Source: Octopus sinensis (taxonomy: Eukaryota). From it: a stretch of 64,000 nucleotides of DNA. Under the pieces are notes generated by a model. It made no database searches. It had not been told where the DNA came from and saw only the letters and a program-made list of their open reading frames with translations. Location of the stretch: contig NC_043002.1 in the NCBI RefSeq assembly GCF_006345805.1, positions 80,910,001 to 80,974,000 on the forward strand. The letters run 5' to 3'. Below are positions 12,963 to 25,275 of the stretch, piece by piece. Position numbers and translations under genes: made by a program. Position 1 is the stretch's first letter, and the number at the start of each line of letters is the position of its first letter.

Positions 12963-14080
12963 ATGGGCTTCTTTCACTCTCTGTTTGCTAAATTCACTGT
13001 CACAGGTATTGTTATAGTGGAAGACACCTAAGGTGTCCTGCAGTGCGGGACTGAACACGACATCACGCGGTTGCAAAGCAACCTTCTTATTCACAGAGCC
13101 ATTACCGTGCCTATAGAATAAATTGCTTTTTTTTTTCTTTTATTACTTCTAAGAGACCAGACGTATGACTTATGTGGGTAAAGAAACTGTCGGTTTTCTC
13201 GACCAGGCAGTACTCAGCAGGTAATTTATTTCTGTCATACCCAGAAATGTAAAAAAACAAATTCAATCCCATCAGTATTTGAACTCGCCTCGCAAATTCC
13301 CAGAACATTTTCGTATGCTTTAACCATGTAGCCAATCTGTACCACCCTCTTCCTACTGCTAGATTCCAATAATTAATGTTTGTAATGTTTTGTTGTATAA
13401 TTAACTTTTGGATTAATTAATCCGTTGTGACGTCCTCTACCAAAAGATATGCGAGCCTTCTTAAAAATCAATAATCAATATCTGTATAGGATTATTTAAT
13501 CAATACTATGAAAACTGTTTGTTGTTTATTTGTTTTTTTGTTTATTTGGGTTGTGTTTTTTAATCCTTAATATTTGTGGAGTGTCTCGTTTGATCTACAT
13601 ATATTTTTATGAATTGCAATAATTCTAAACAAACATATCTACGATAGTATTTAAAAGATTTATATTGATAGACTGCCTAATAATTAGTGATAATTAGCAC
13701 AGTTTGTTGATTTTTAGTTTTGCTACATGATGTATTAAGTATTGTATGTGTATGGGGGGGGTGACTTATAATGTTAAGATTATGATTTCGATTTCCAAGA
13801 CGAAAGGAACGCTATATTCTTCATTAAAACAGGTCATTACTGTTTTTTCAGCAGAAAATTAGCAGCAGAAATATTCGGAGATCAGAATTTAGACGGACAG
13901 ATTGTCCTGTTTAGTGGGGAAGAATTGTACTCCCAGCTGCTTATACGTTAGGAAGACCGGAATTACTTCCCGCTTAATGAGTGTGGAGGGTCGGTGACAG
14001 ACCATAGATAGGTAGATGCATGCATTAATTGATATAGGTCGATAACATTGCACAAATTAGTGGAGTTTTTTGTTGTTTCT

Positions 14081-14452
14081 TTCTTTTATTTGTTTCAGTC
14101 ATTTGACTGCGGCCATGCTGGAGCACCGCCTTTAGTCGCGCAAATTGACCCCGGGACTTATTCTTTGTAAGCCCAGAACTTATTATATCGGTCTCTTCTG
14201 CCGAACCGCTAAGTGACGGGGAAATAAACACACCAGCATCAGTTGTCAAGCAATGCTAGGGGGACAAACACAGACACACAAACATATACACACACATACA
14301 TATATACATATATATACATATATACGACAGGCTTCTTTCAGTTTCCGTCTACCAAATCCACTCACAAGGCATTGGTCGGCCCGAAGTGGGACTGAACCCA
14401 GAACCATGTGGTTGGTAAGCAAGCAACTTACCACACAGCCACTCCTGCGCCT
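14081..14452 (-). mobile_element. SINE family B
   Basis: Minus-strand head AGGCGCAGGAGTGGCTGTGTGG..GGTTCAGTCCC (A/B boxes); internal (CA/TA)n; 3' tail hairpin CAGTCA/TGACTG. Confidence 0.92.
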
Positions 14453-14514
14453 ATATGTGAATGCTTTTCTGAAGTAACTCATCATTTTCTTTTTTATTGC
14501 AGACAATTAATGGG

Positions 14515-15630
14515 TTCCAAGTTAGACCAACGTACTTTTATTGTGTTCTAGCTGAAGGGGAAGTGCAAAATGCCCGTAATCCAGAGAAGACTGTAGATTG
14601 TTCACGGGAATGACACCATAGTCAAGAGTAAGGTGCACGTATCAAGCGAGAAGTTTACAGGAGAAACCAGCAGCAAAGACAAGCCACATTGTAGGAGACA
14701 ATTACCTGCAACTACTGACACGAATCGCCACCGAATGGACGTACGTACGTGATTTACTGAACAACTTGATTATATTAGGATGTACACATGAATGAAGGTG
14801 GAGACCCATTAGAAGATAGGGTGTGTAGCTGTCGTTCTAATTACTGGGTGGCCAGAGCTATTAAAATAAGCTAAAATTTACGAACCTCTTATATATAATT
14901 CATAGAAAAATACGTATAAACATATATAATTATCTGTGTGCACACACACAGCGAGACAGATTGTGGTTATAATGCATTACAGAAGATAGCAGAAGACCTT
15001 GGGTATCGGAAAGTGTGTGCAAAGTGGGTATCTCAGAGGTTCACTCCCATTTGAAGGACAAAAGGGTGGAAACTTGGTCTACTGTAAGCGCTCAAAACCA
15101 GTGAAGACAATTTTTTTCTGACTTGTACATGTGGCTGTATCTTCATAATTCAGAAAAATAAGACAAGTCCATGGAAAGCGTCATACTTATTCTTCAAGGC
15201 CTAATAATTTCAAGATCCTCTAATCTGTATAGAGTGCCATGGTAAGTGTTTGGGAGAATAACAAAGAAGTCATCCTCTTTCATTTTCTGGAATGTCGTTC
15301 AACCGTAAAGAACGAGCGATATACTGAAGCACCCAAAAAGCTTAGAAAAACAATTAGAAGAAAGGGTCAAAGGAAAAATTTGAAAACGCTCCGTATTCAC
15401 CTTGATCACGCAGGACCACACACATCTTTGACGAGCAACAAATCAGGCAATCGGTAAATGGATCTGGTCAGTGGTTTCCCATCTACCATTCAATCCGGAT
15501 CAAGCGCCATCCGACTTCCGCCTTTTAGGTCAAATGAAAGACAGTTTTCAAGGAGAATAATTTGATGACAAATACGAGGTGAAAGTTGTTGTAAAGAAGT
15601 GGGTACAGCAGTGGACACCAGAATGTTGAT
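14515..15630 (+). mobile_element. Mariner transposase pseudogene, interrupted at 14763-14961
   Basis: HTH-like LDQRTFIVF..IQRRL..GETSSKDKP; GYRKVCAKWV (WVPHEL-like); VWENNKEVILFHFL..HLDHAGPHT; NPDQAPSDF (YSPDLAPSD-like). Many stops and frameshifts. Confidence 0.88.
14763..14961. repeat. ~200-bp unclassified repeat, copy 2 (inserted in the mariner)
   Basis: Near-identical to 12628-12832; mariner-like coding sequence lies on both sides. Confidence 0.9.
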
Positions 15631-15689
15631 TATGTCACAGCTTTATGGAAGACTTTACGCGTAACCATCGACTATCCAAACAAGTAATT

Positions 15690-15897
15690 ATTGGTTTCAA
15701 ATTTTAACATAAGGCCAACAACTACGGGCGAGTGGGTAAATCGATTACATAGACCAAGTGCTCAAGAGGTACTTATTTTATCGACCCTGAAAGGATGAAA
15801 GGCAAAGTCGACTTCGGCGGAATTTGAATATAAGGACGGACAAAACACCGCTTAGCATTTCACCCGGGGTGCTAATGATTCTGCCAGCTCGCCGCCC
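15690..15897 (-). mobile_element. SINE family A (short-tail variant)
   Basis: GAAAGGATGAAAGGCAAAGTCGACTTCGGCGGAATTTGAA..CTGCCAGCTCGCCGCC. Confidence 0.85.
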
Positions 15898-16615
15898 TAA
15901 GATGTCATTAAGATATTAGCTTCCAATGAGACATGATGTTGCTAAAACCAAAATTACAATGCCATTTGCAGGAAAGACAAAATTCTCTGTGATAAATTCA
16001 GAAAATATCTATGTTGTCGAAAACCAACTCAGATCTCTTTACTCAAGAAATATTGGTGTAACATTCACATCAAATTTTTCGACATGTAGAAATCTAACAG
16101 GCTACCATGGATATTTAAGAAACGAAAACAGTCATAGAGGTAAGCAACTGTGCAGATTTGAGCATTTCTTTCAAATTCAGTAGGAAAGAGAGCTTACTTC
16201 CTCTGTACTCAGATTATAAGGTAAGTAATTCTTGTAATAACCATTGCAGTACTTGACTACGTTCAGGTGTTTACAACGCTCGAACAGCTAAAGTTTCCCT
16301 GTAAATACAGTGAGCAAATAACACATACTTGCGAAAGTATTCTGTGAGTGGAGCGGTAAAGATACACAAGACTTTTCTAAATTTCAACGTGTAACTGTCA
16401 TCGTTTTTGTCACATGACATCAGTGATGGATACTTGTGCTGCCTTTTGCCAACTTTTGCTTCACGAAAGCTACCTTTTTTTTCTCATAAAAATATTAAAA
16501 TAATTTAAAAGAGAATGACTACACACACACACACACACACGTAACACACTCACACACACACACATACATACGGAGAATAGTAATTCTCTCATTTAATTCT
16601 TCTCATGTAATTCTT

Positions 16616-16847
16616 ATTTCTTTATTGCCCACAAGGGACTAAACATAGAGGAGACAAACAAGGACAGACAAACGGATTAAGTCGATTATATCGACCTCAG
16701 TGCGTAACTGGTACTTAATTTATCGACCCCGAAAGGATGAAAGGCAAAGTCGACCTCGGCAGAATTTGAACTCAGAACGTTAACGGTAGACGAAATACGG
16801 CTACGCATTTCGACCGGTGCACTAACGTTTCTGCCAGCTCACCACCT
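16616..16847 (-). mobile_element. SINE family A
   Basis: Full-length reverse complement of the family A consensus. Confidence 0.92.
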
Positions 16848-16875
16848 TCTCATGTAATTCTTTTATGTGTGTGTG

Positions 16876-16947
<72 letters not shown>

Positions 16948-16949
<2 letters not shown>

Positions 16950-17347
16950 TTTACTCTTTTACTTGTTTCAGTCATTTGACTGCGGCCATGCTGGAGCACC
17001 GCCTTTAATCGAGCAACTCGACCCCGGGACTTATTCTTTTGTAAGCCCAGTACTTATTCTATCGGTCTCTTTTTGCCGAACCGCTAAGTAACGGGGACAT
17101 AAACACACCAGCATCGGTTGTCAAGCAATGCTAGGGGGACAAACACAGACACACACACGCATTTTTATATATCTACATATATACGACGGGCTTCTTTCAG
17201 TTTCCTTCTACCAAATCCACTCACAAGGCTTTGGTCGGCCCGAGGCTATAGTAGAAGACACTTGCCCAAGGTACCACGCAGTGGGACTGAACCCGGGACC
17301 ATGTGGTTGGTAAGCAAGCTACTTACCACACAGCCACTCCTGCGCCT
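16948..17347 (-). mobile_element. SINE family B, full length
   Basis: As 14081-14452; (CTTTTA)-type tail at the 16948 end. Confidence 0.93.
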
Positions 17348-17619
17348 ACATATATATATATATATTCGATTTACATACGTGTGTAATTTGTAATTACGTC
17401 AGTGTGCAAATGAAGAAAAGAAAAACATAAGTAACAATATGGAGCAAGAAGAGAAAAAATGAGTGAAGAGAAAAGAGAAAAGCAAAAAATAACAGTGGGA
17501 GGACACAAGGAAACGAGAAAAGAAAGAGGCCGTTTTGTGTGGTATTCGATAATGAAAGTCTAAGGGGGAGGTTGCAGGTGGCATCACTTAATACGTCTGC
17601 CCTTATATAGGTGTGTGTC

Positions 17620-17705
17620 TATACCTACACACATATGCACACGCACGCATTTGCAAATACGTGTGTATGTATACTGTGTATATACTGTATGCGCATATGT
17701 ATATA

Positions 17706-17772
<67 letters not shown>

Positions 17773-17874
17773 TATATGTATATACTATAAGCATAAATGT
17801 ATATATGTATATATTCATGAATACGCGTTTATATACAGTGCATGTACTTCTATCTATCAATCTCTCTCTCTCTC

Positions 17875-17954
<80 letters not shown>

Positions 17955-18045
17955 CATATATATATATATATGTACGTATGTATATGTATGTATATGTATA
18001 TATGTATATGTGTGTATATATATGCATGTATATATATGTATGTAT

Positions 18046-18086
<41 letters not shown>

Positions 18087-18272
18087 TGTATGTATATATA
18101 TATTATATATATATGTATATATATGTATATATATGTAGGTATATATGTATGTATATATATATATTATATATATATTATATATATAATATATATATATATA
18201 TATGTACATATATACAGTATATGTACACTACTTTCAAGTACGTATACATATATATATATATCAATATACATT

Positions 18273-18304
<32 letters not shown>

Positions 18305-18400
18305 ATATATATATAATATATATATATATTATATATATATATATTCTATACACTGTTATGTGTGTATGTGCGTGTGTGCGCGCGTACGTGATGTGTGTTT
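17620..18400. repeat. Large compound (TA)n/(TG)n/(TATG)n microsatellite
   Basis: Directly visible; includes a ~60-bp pure (GT)n run near 17887-17949. Confidence 0.98.
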
Positions 18401-19362
18401 GTGTGTATTTAGCTACGTACACATATTTCTAAATCATCAGAACGATCAAAAGAAGTCGGTATAACCGTTTTAATATGTTTACCTTGTTAGATTGTCGCGA
18501 CAATATTCTCAGCTTTACACTGAACTTACTAGTTGAACTGGTACACATATTTTACATCTTTTGGTGAACTTGGAGATACAAATTACTTTTGGCACTTCAC
18601 CACTAGTACTAGTACCACCCTTACTACAATTTAAACACCCAACAAAACCAAGGTGGCCATGTTTATAAGTATGATGGGCGGTCCGATCTCCGTGGGTATC
18701 TCATCGCAGATGCGTTATCAGCAATAAGTAACAGTCGGGGAGTTATTCTAATGTTATGTATTCGAAGATTTTGTAAGTTCTCCAATTTACCAACTCTGAT
18801 GGCATACCGAATCAGATAGTATTCTTCCTTCAACCTTTAATTGTGGTACTGAGTGGTAGATACCCGCTGAAATGAATTTCAGTCCCCTTTCGTAGGGGAC
18901 TTACACCTGGATAGGAAACACTGTTTTAATAATACACTGCCCTTAAAAAGTGGAGACAATGGTATACTGAATAATATAGTTCTAGGTATGCAATACCTAG
19001 AAAATAGATGTGATAGAAATGCTTTTAATTGGGGCCGCTTGACAAGCGCACTGGCGTAGGTCAAAATAACAACAGCATTATGAAATCAGTTTTGCAAGCT
19101 TAACACATCGCTCCATTTAACTTCCACTCCTTAGTTACTGGGGTCGTTTCGCATTCAGAGCACACTTTGGTTCCCTCTCCATCAATAATTTTTTGATGGC
19201 ATTAACCTATAAATCATCATGTTAGGCATCAACTCTCTTACTATAATCAGTCTATCAGGGTCTGTAAGAGGTGTGGTTACTGCCCTTCATCGTCTGACTA
19301 AATCTCTGCATCTATTAACTAAAGAAAGTATTTTGCCCGGATTCATAATCCCTTACTATTTT

Positions 19363-19397
<35 letters not shown>

Positions 19398-19400
<3 letters not shown>

Positions 19401-19805
19401 AGAGTAAGGACATAAATGTGAAACAAGGTGGAGTAAATAGTACTCAAACACTAGAGGTAGAGTAATATGCTTTATTGATAAAGTTGCAAAGATATCACAA
19501 AAATTCTTACTCAGAGTAAGTTATTTTTTGTGAGTGTGATGTCTTTTCAGCTTTATTAAGAAAGTATATATATAAAACATATATATCACATTCAAAATGT
19601 GACCGCGTATGTACCGTTGGCGATTTTTTTTCCTCCGTCTTCCCTTCTCTGGATCTTTCCTTTCCTATGTTTCTGACGAAGAGCTCCGCTCGAAACGTTA
19701 GACCCTCCTTCTTTCCTTCTTTCCCGAGCGTCCAATAATACTATATTTGTTCCACGTCCTCGCGTTGTTGTGTTTTTTTTTGTGCTTTCATGTTTGGATT
19801 AACTT
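19398..19805. mobile_element. Penelope-like element terminal (pLTR-type) remnants between (TA)n tracts
   Basis: Contains a hammerhead core and an inverted-repeat junction (19470-19564); no RT or GIY-YIG coding sequence seen. Class assignment is inferred from the ribozyme type. Confidence 0.6.
19669..19703 (+). ncRNA. Minimal type I hammerhead ribozyme motif
   Basis: GTTT-CTGACGA-A-GAGC(TCC)GCTC-GAAA-CG-TT-AGAC: stem I GUUU/AGAC, CUGANGA core, 4-bp stem II, GAAA, palindromic ACGU helix III, GUU site. Confidence 0.7.
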
Positions 19806-19807
19806 TA

Positions 19808-19890
<83 letters not shown>

Positions 19891-20404
19891 TATTGTGCAT
19901 GTGTGAGTAGACATGACTCTGTTTATATGCGCGTAAGGTGTAGGAAAATGCTGGAGATGGATGTTGCCATCCGTAATCCGGCGAACTGGGATGTAGGCTT
20001 TTAAGGTATTACTCGACTACCTTCTCCTGGGAATCGACGTAGATGCCCACTTGATGCAAAAGATAACACACTATATCAAACAGTGTAACATCAACTTGTA
20101 CTCAAGTCCAAATGGTGAATCGGAACAATGTGAGTCAAACTAAGATGAGTCTATGCAGATAAATGCCTTCTACACTACAATTGGATGATTTGATCCTAGC
20201 ACTTCAAGTTAACGAACCAGTAGTCAGTTTTAGTTTCGCCGTTGTTTCTAAGCAGAGTTCTCAAACTAATAAATACTAGTCTCTCACCCCATTCCACCAA
20301 ACATATCTGGGATATTGCTTTGCACCCATTAACGGGAATAAATAATTTATATCCATATAACTCGTCTTCCTTCGTTATAGTGTTGGTCATGTCTAAAAGT
20401 CGGA

Positions 20405-20605
20405 AAGTGAGCTGGCAGAATCGTTAGCACACCTGAAAAAAAAAAAGCTTAATGGAATTTCGTCCGTCCTCACGTTCTGAGTTCGAATGCCACCAAGGCT
20501 GACTTTGCTTTTCATTCATTTGAAGTCGATGAAATGAGTATCAGTTGATGTAATCGACTCACTCCTTCCCCAAGTATTTCACGCCTTCTTCGTACAGTAG
20601 AAGGA
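20405..20605 (+). mobile_element. SINE family A, diverged
   Basis: GAGCTGGCAGAATCGTTAGCAC..TTCTGAGTTCGAAT..GACTTTGC. Confidence 0.8.
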
Positions 20606-23600
20606 TTAATCATGGTAATTGTTTCACTTCTTTTTCAACCTCAACTTGTTACCCACTCCTTGTAAGAAACATTCGACAGAGCAAGAGGTCATTCTTATTC
20701 TCAGTGCCCATTTTCAACAAGATGTTCTGAATCGATAATTTACAGTTAAATGCTTTGTCACAGGCACACGACAGCGCATTAATTGGACTAGACTGGATAC
20801 GAACTGCTGACCTCTAGACAGGTTAACCTTTACTCTAGCAGCTGAGTCATATATGTTTTTCTTTTCTTTTCTATTTCAGTTAATTTAGCAAGTTCTGTTA
20901 AATTAATAGTCTTATTTGGGCTAATTTAGTCCAGTTTAAGATAATTAAAAGTTATAGAGTTCAAAATGTTTGACACTTATTTCATATTTTGACATGAAAA
21001 TAAACACAGTTTGTATTTACGACGATATTTCAAGTAACGTTCGAGAAGTGAATATAACAATTCAGTCTTTTTGCACTAAAAATTATAAAATGAACTTGTT
21101 GGTATAAATGGCGCATCGATGGTCGGAATGACATACAATATTTAATTTCCTTTGTCTTCATTAGAAGTTCAGTTTCATTGTTTTGCTTTGTTTTTCCTTC
21201 ATTGTCTATAAAGTTTGTACCAGTAATATGCTGCGATCGATTCAATCAATCATATTCAAACATACAAACTCTTTCTTTAGGCATCTGTGCCAGTATACAA
21301 AATTACAGTCATTATTCATGGAGTGTCTTTGAAAATAGGGTTACTTGATTTCTTACTGTTATATATCGCTCTTTCTTATTTCACATGGCTAGATGTCATT
21401 TAAATTAGAGTTTGTTGCTCTTTCTTGTTTATCTGTTAATATACAGACCACTGTGCTACATTGAATGGACTCACAGTAAGCTTGTAATATATTTCTGAAA
21501 ATTATTAGCGAAATGAAAAAGGTGACACGGTGGCAGAATTGTTAGAACAGTAGAAAAAGTACTTTCAGGGCGTTCTTCTGGTTCCTCATGTATTAAGTTC
21601 AAATCCCGCTGAACTTTATATTTTTATCCTTTCGGCTCCGACAAAATATATTAAGTCAATTACTGGGATTGACTAAACCCTGTCCTCAAAGTTGCAGGAA
21701 CCATTGTAAACAACGAAAACTAAAACACCTATCTGTTAGATTTGGTAGAACGTCGGAAAAATACCAATGTATTTTTCTTCCGGCTCTTTATGATGTGAGT
21801 TCAAAAGTGGACTAAAGTTCTAAAGACAAGATCAGAAGCAGCCAAGAAGTGTTCCAATTGGATCTGCTCTGAAAAGGGAACTTCACATAGTATAGTTTAC
21901 CCTTCATTCAACTGATGTCTCAGATCGAAGTGGTTACGGCTTCCAAGGTACCTTGTCTCTGGAGCACCTTGACCACCCAGTAATGTGCTGCCTATACGCA
22001 AACGTGTAGCAATAAGTACAACAGCAGGAGGTAGCAAGGAGTCATGACCTAGATACCGAAACACTTGCATAAGGGGAAACTTCTTCTTCAAAGACCTGTT
22101 GCTCAACTCTCATTCGATTTCTTACATGTCGAACACATAGCATGAATTAATGTCTATTAGTTTTGCAATATGGCGGAACCGTAAGTTAAACTTAGATAAC
22201 CCTTATTTAGGCTTGAAACTGGCTTACGAAAGGCATAATTTTTGCTCCCTGGGAGGCACAGTAAATTTTCGAGATCTAGGAAAATGTGGTATACTAGGCA
22301 CCTGAAAATACAGTATGTGTCTGAAGCAAACACAGATTCATCCAGGTTGGGGATACCTTTTAGTATAGGCCTGCAGCATCAGGAGTGATCTGGATCGAAA
22401 CAGCAACAATATAGACCAATGAATAGTTTAAACTTAGCAGATCTCTTAGTCAAATATGAAACAGATGGTTCATTAAATGTAGCGGGTCGTTTATTGCGCA
22501 AAAAATCAATTTATATTTACGTTCAAAATTTTATCGAATTTGAATTTTATCGTCTGGAGTTTAAATAAAATAAAATATTAATAAAGTCAATAAAGGCACG
22601 TAAAACGTTGATATTTGGCAAGAAAATTTTAATTTCGTAATTTAAAACGTTTTTTTATTTAAATCCCAAATTTCACCTATCCTCGCATAAGATGAATTTC
22701 CTTGTCCTTTAATAGTACACTTTATCATTTGCCCCATTTACCGTTCTACTTGTAACCTATTCTCCCTGTTTCTTAATGACTTACTCTTTGTGATTATTTG
22801 TCGGCAGTTGTTAGAGTCATTACAGACAACACACAACCGTATCATGTTCACCATTACACTGACACGAAATTGGTACGAACATCAATCACATTAGCTTCTT
22901 ATCTTTGACAACGTACATGTCTGTCTATCTATCTGTCCATCTGTATTTGTGTGGGGGGGGTATAGATATATATGCAGATTTGTGTGTGTGTATCTATGTA
23001 TATATATCATTCAATGTGGTCAGTGTTGTTGTGGCCGTGAGCTTATTGCTGTGACTGTGGGCAAGATGCGGAATTTTACATTTCTGTTTTTACAAACCTG
23101 AAGAAATGATTGCAAACGTAATTACAAAAGTTACTCAAGGCAGACGATCTCGCTATGCAATAAAAGATTCATTCTCTTTCTCCACTCTTTCTGTCTCTCT
23201 GCTCAAAGTTACAGGAATAATAATTAAGTACCGTCTGAAATCTCTTGTCGCTTGTCAGGAAATAAACTTAAAATTACACAGAACCAGAAGCATACAATAG
23301 CAACTTCTAAAAATAAATCTGAGGTCGACAGACAATTGTTGATATTTAGTTTCGGTCTATCACAAAGGCGTTCTAGTCATGACGATCCCCACTTTTGGTT
23401 TTTAGACACAAAGTACCTTTGATTGTATTGTCTATTTTGTTCTTCCCTTTTTAAGATGGTTGGATATGATTTGCCTCTGGCTACGAGCAGGTAAAACGAT
23501 TGAATAGAATCTCTCCAATCGGCTCTTTTTGTCGTTGCTGTTGCAGTTGGTTTTATTACACCGGGTCAGACCTAATCGGTCGGCTCTGTCTTCAAAGGCT

Positions 23601-24039
23601 TTCCATTCGTGGATACTCCCTCTTTTATTTCCAAACATAGTGTCCCCAGCGTAAATGTTATCCAATGTATACTTTCACGTTAACATAGTAAGGTGTGATT
23701 TGATGGTTTGACTCTTATTACCAGCAGCTTGAGTGACAAAGTAGGAGCTCTCTCATAGGTTTCGATATTATTTTCTATTCAACAGAGTGCAATAAAATTT
23801 ATCGCTATATAATTGAGATTTCTCGCCAAACAATATAATATATTATAAACGATGACTCTTTCCTACAAACATATAGTATCAACCCTACGCCCACTAGTCT
23901 TTCTTACCAGTACTAGAAAGCCTTACCACTAGTTTATAGGTAATTCTAAATTATTCTGGCTACTAGTCTGATATATATAATGCCCCAGTGATTTCAGATA
24001 TAAATATAGAATGGTAACTAAAGAAATTAATTGCCTCGG

Positions 24040-24830
24040 AAACATATTGCTGTGGCCAACTTTAAGATGCCAAGCATTAATGAAGTCCTATGATGACACG
24101 ATGAACACTGTGTATTATGACAGATCTATGTCCAGAAAAGTGAGAACCGCCACCCACTGATGTCTTCTTCAACGTAAGAGAAAGTTTCAATTGAAGCTAT
24201 GTTCTTTACTGGTGATGCTGCATCTCTTCAATCACAACAGAAGGCTTATAAACCATCATAGAAGGATTCTCAAGAGCTTGTTTAGCGATTTCTTCTCTCA
24301 CTCAGTCTCAAGAAGACACGAGTCAAGAGTCAAAACATTTCAGATTATCCTTGCATTAAGATCAAAGGCAAGAAACTGGACGCGATATATGTATTTACTT
24401 AGGTAATATTACGTCTGATAGTGTAAGGTAATTCTCCTTACGCTGCTTTCGCGGATTCCCGTGACCCTCTGTCGACATCCAATTCCATTATTAAGGATTT
24501 GAATTGAGAGCTTGAGTCATAGTAATCTTTCATTAGCTAAATACACAATTACCTATGGATGTGTTGCTGTTGCCCTCTTGATAGAACTTGATCTTCTAGG
24601 ACTCTTCCGCTCAGCACCAACGTATCAAGCACCGTTGGCTCAGCTGAGCTCTTTTGCTACCTCTTCACAACCAACCATGCTACAGTCTCATAGCTTAGCC
24701 GTATCCCTGGAAGAATGGTTGAACGGATGCTATGCCTTGCTAAATGTCAGCCCGTAAATATACAATATGCAGGACATGGTCGTCACTCAGTGAGGTATTT
24801 TCAGCATACACGCATACCCTAATAGGTACA
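24040..24830 (+). mobile_element. RTE-like LINE RT relic
   Basis: MKSYDDTMNTVYYDRS (SFHDDM.GTV..DG-like); AMFFTGDAASL (LFADDAAL-like); LSLKKTRVKSQNISDYPCIKIKGKKL. Multiple stops. Confidence 0.75.
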
Positions 24831-25149
24831 TACAACTAGTGCTCAGGTTGACTTACTGCCTAGAACTCCATCTTTAACTGCAACAAAAAGCTGGGATATT
24901 ATAGCTGATTAACGATAGGATATAGGCGGTTTCTCAATTGAACAGGTTCATGTATGATACAATAAAAGTATTAAAAAGGCAAACACCTGGTATCAGGTAA
25001 GACTATGATATTTATATAATATTCATATATTCAAACATGAGGATTAGGTTCTTACCTGAATATAAGAAATAAGTATATATGTAATGTATGTGCTTGGTGC
25101 AAATGAGATTAAAACTTGTCGCATATATATATATATATGTGTATATATA

Positions 25150-25275
25150 TGTGTATATGTGTGTGTGTCCACCGCTTGACAACCGTTGTTGGTGTGTTTC
25201 CGTCATTCGACTTAAAGTTTAAGGCAGTGTCCAAGTATGGCCACAGTGTAATGACTGAAACAAGTAAAAGATAAA
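25150..25275 (+). mobile_element. SINE family B 3' fragment
   Basis: CCGCTTGACAACCG..ATGGCCACAG..ATGACTGAAACAAGTAAAAG. Confidence 0.75.

Noticed and set aside
13852-13946. Possible host exon after TTTTTTCAG (RKLAAEIFGDQNLDGQIVLFSGEELYSQLLI)
   Set aside because: Only a weak GTTAGG donor, no recognisable family and no linked exons; would need RNA-seq.
20290-20395. Possible minus-strand exon (MTNTITKEDELYGYKLF..) using an antisense-SINE acceptor
   Set aside because: No homology recognised; such splice-like motifs occur by chance.
23454-23488. 35-bp candidate micro-exon between a pyrimidine tract-AG and GTAAAA
   Set aside because: Too short to evaluate; no supporting gene model.
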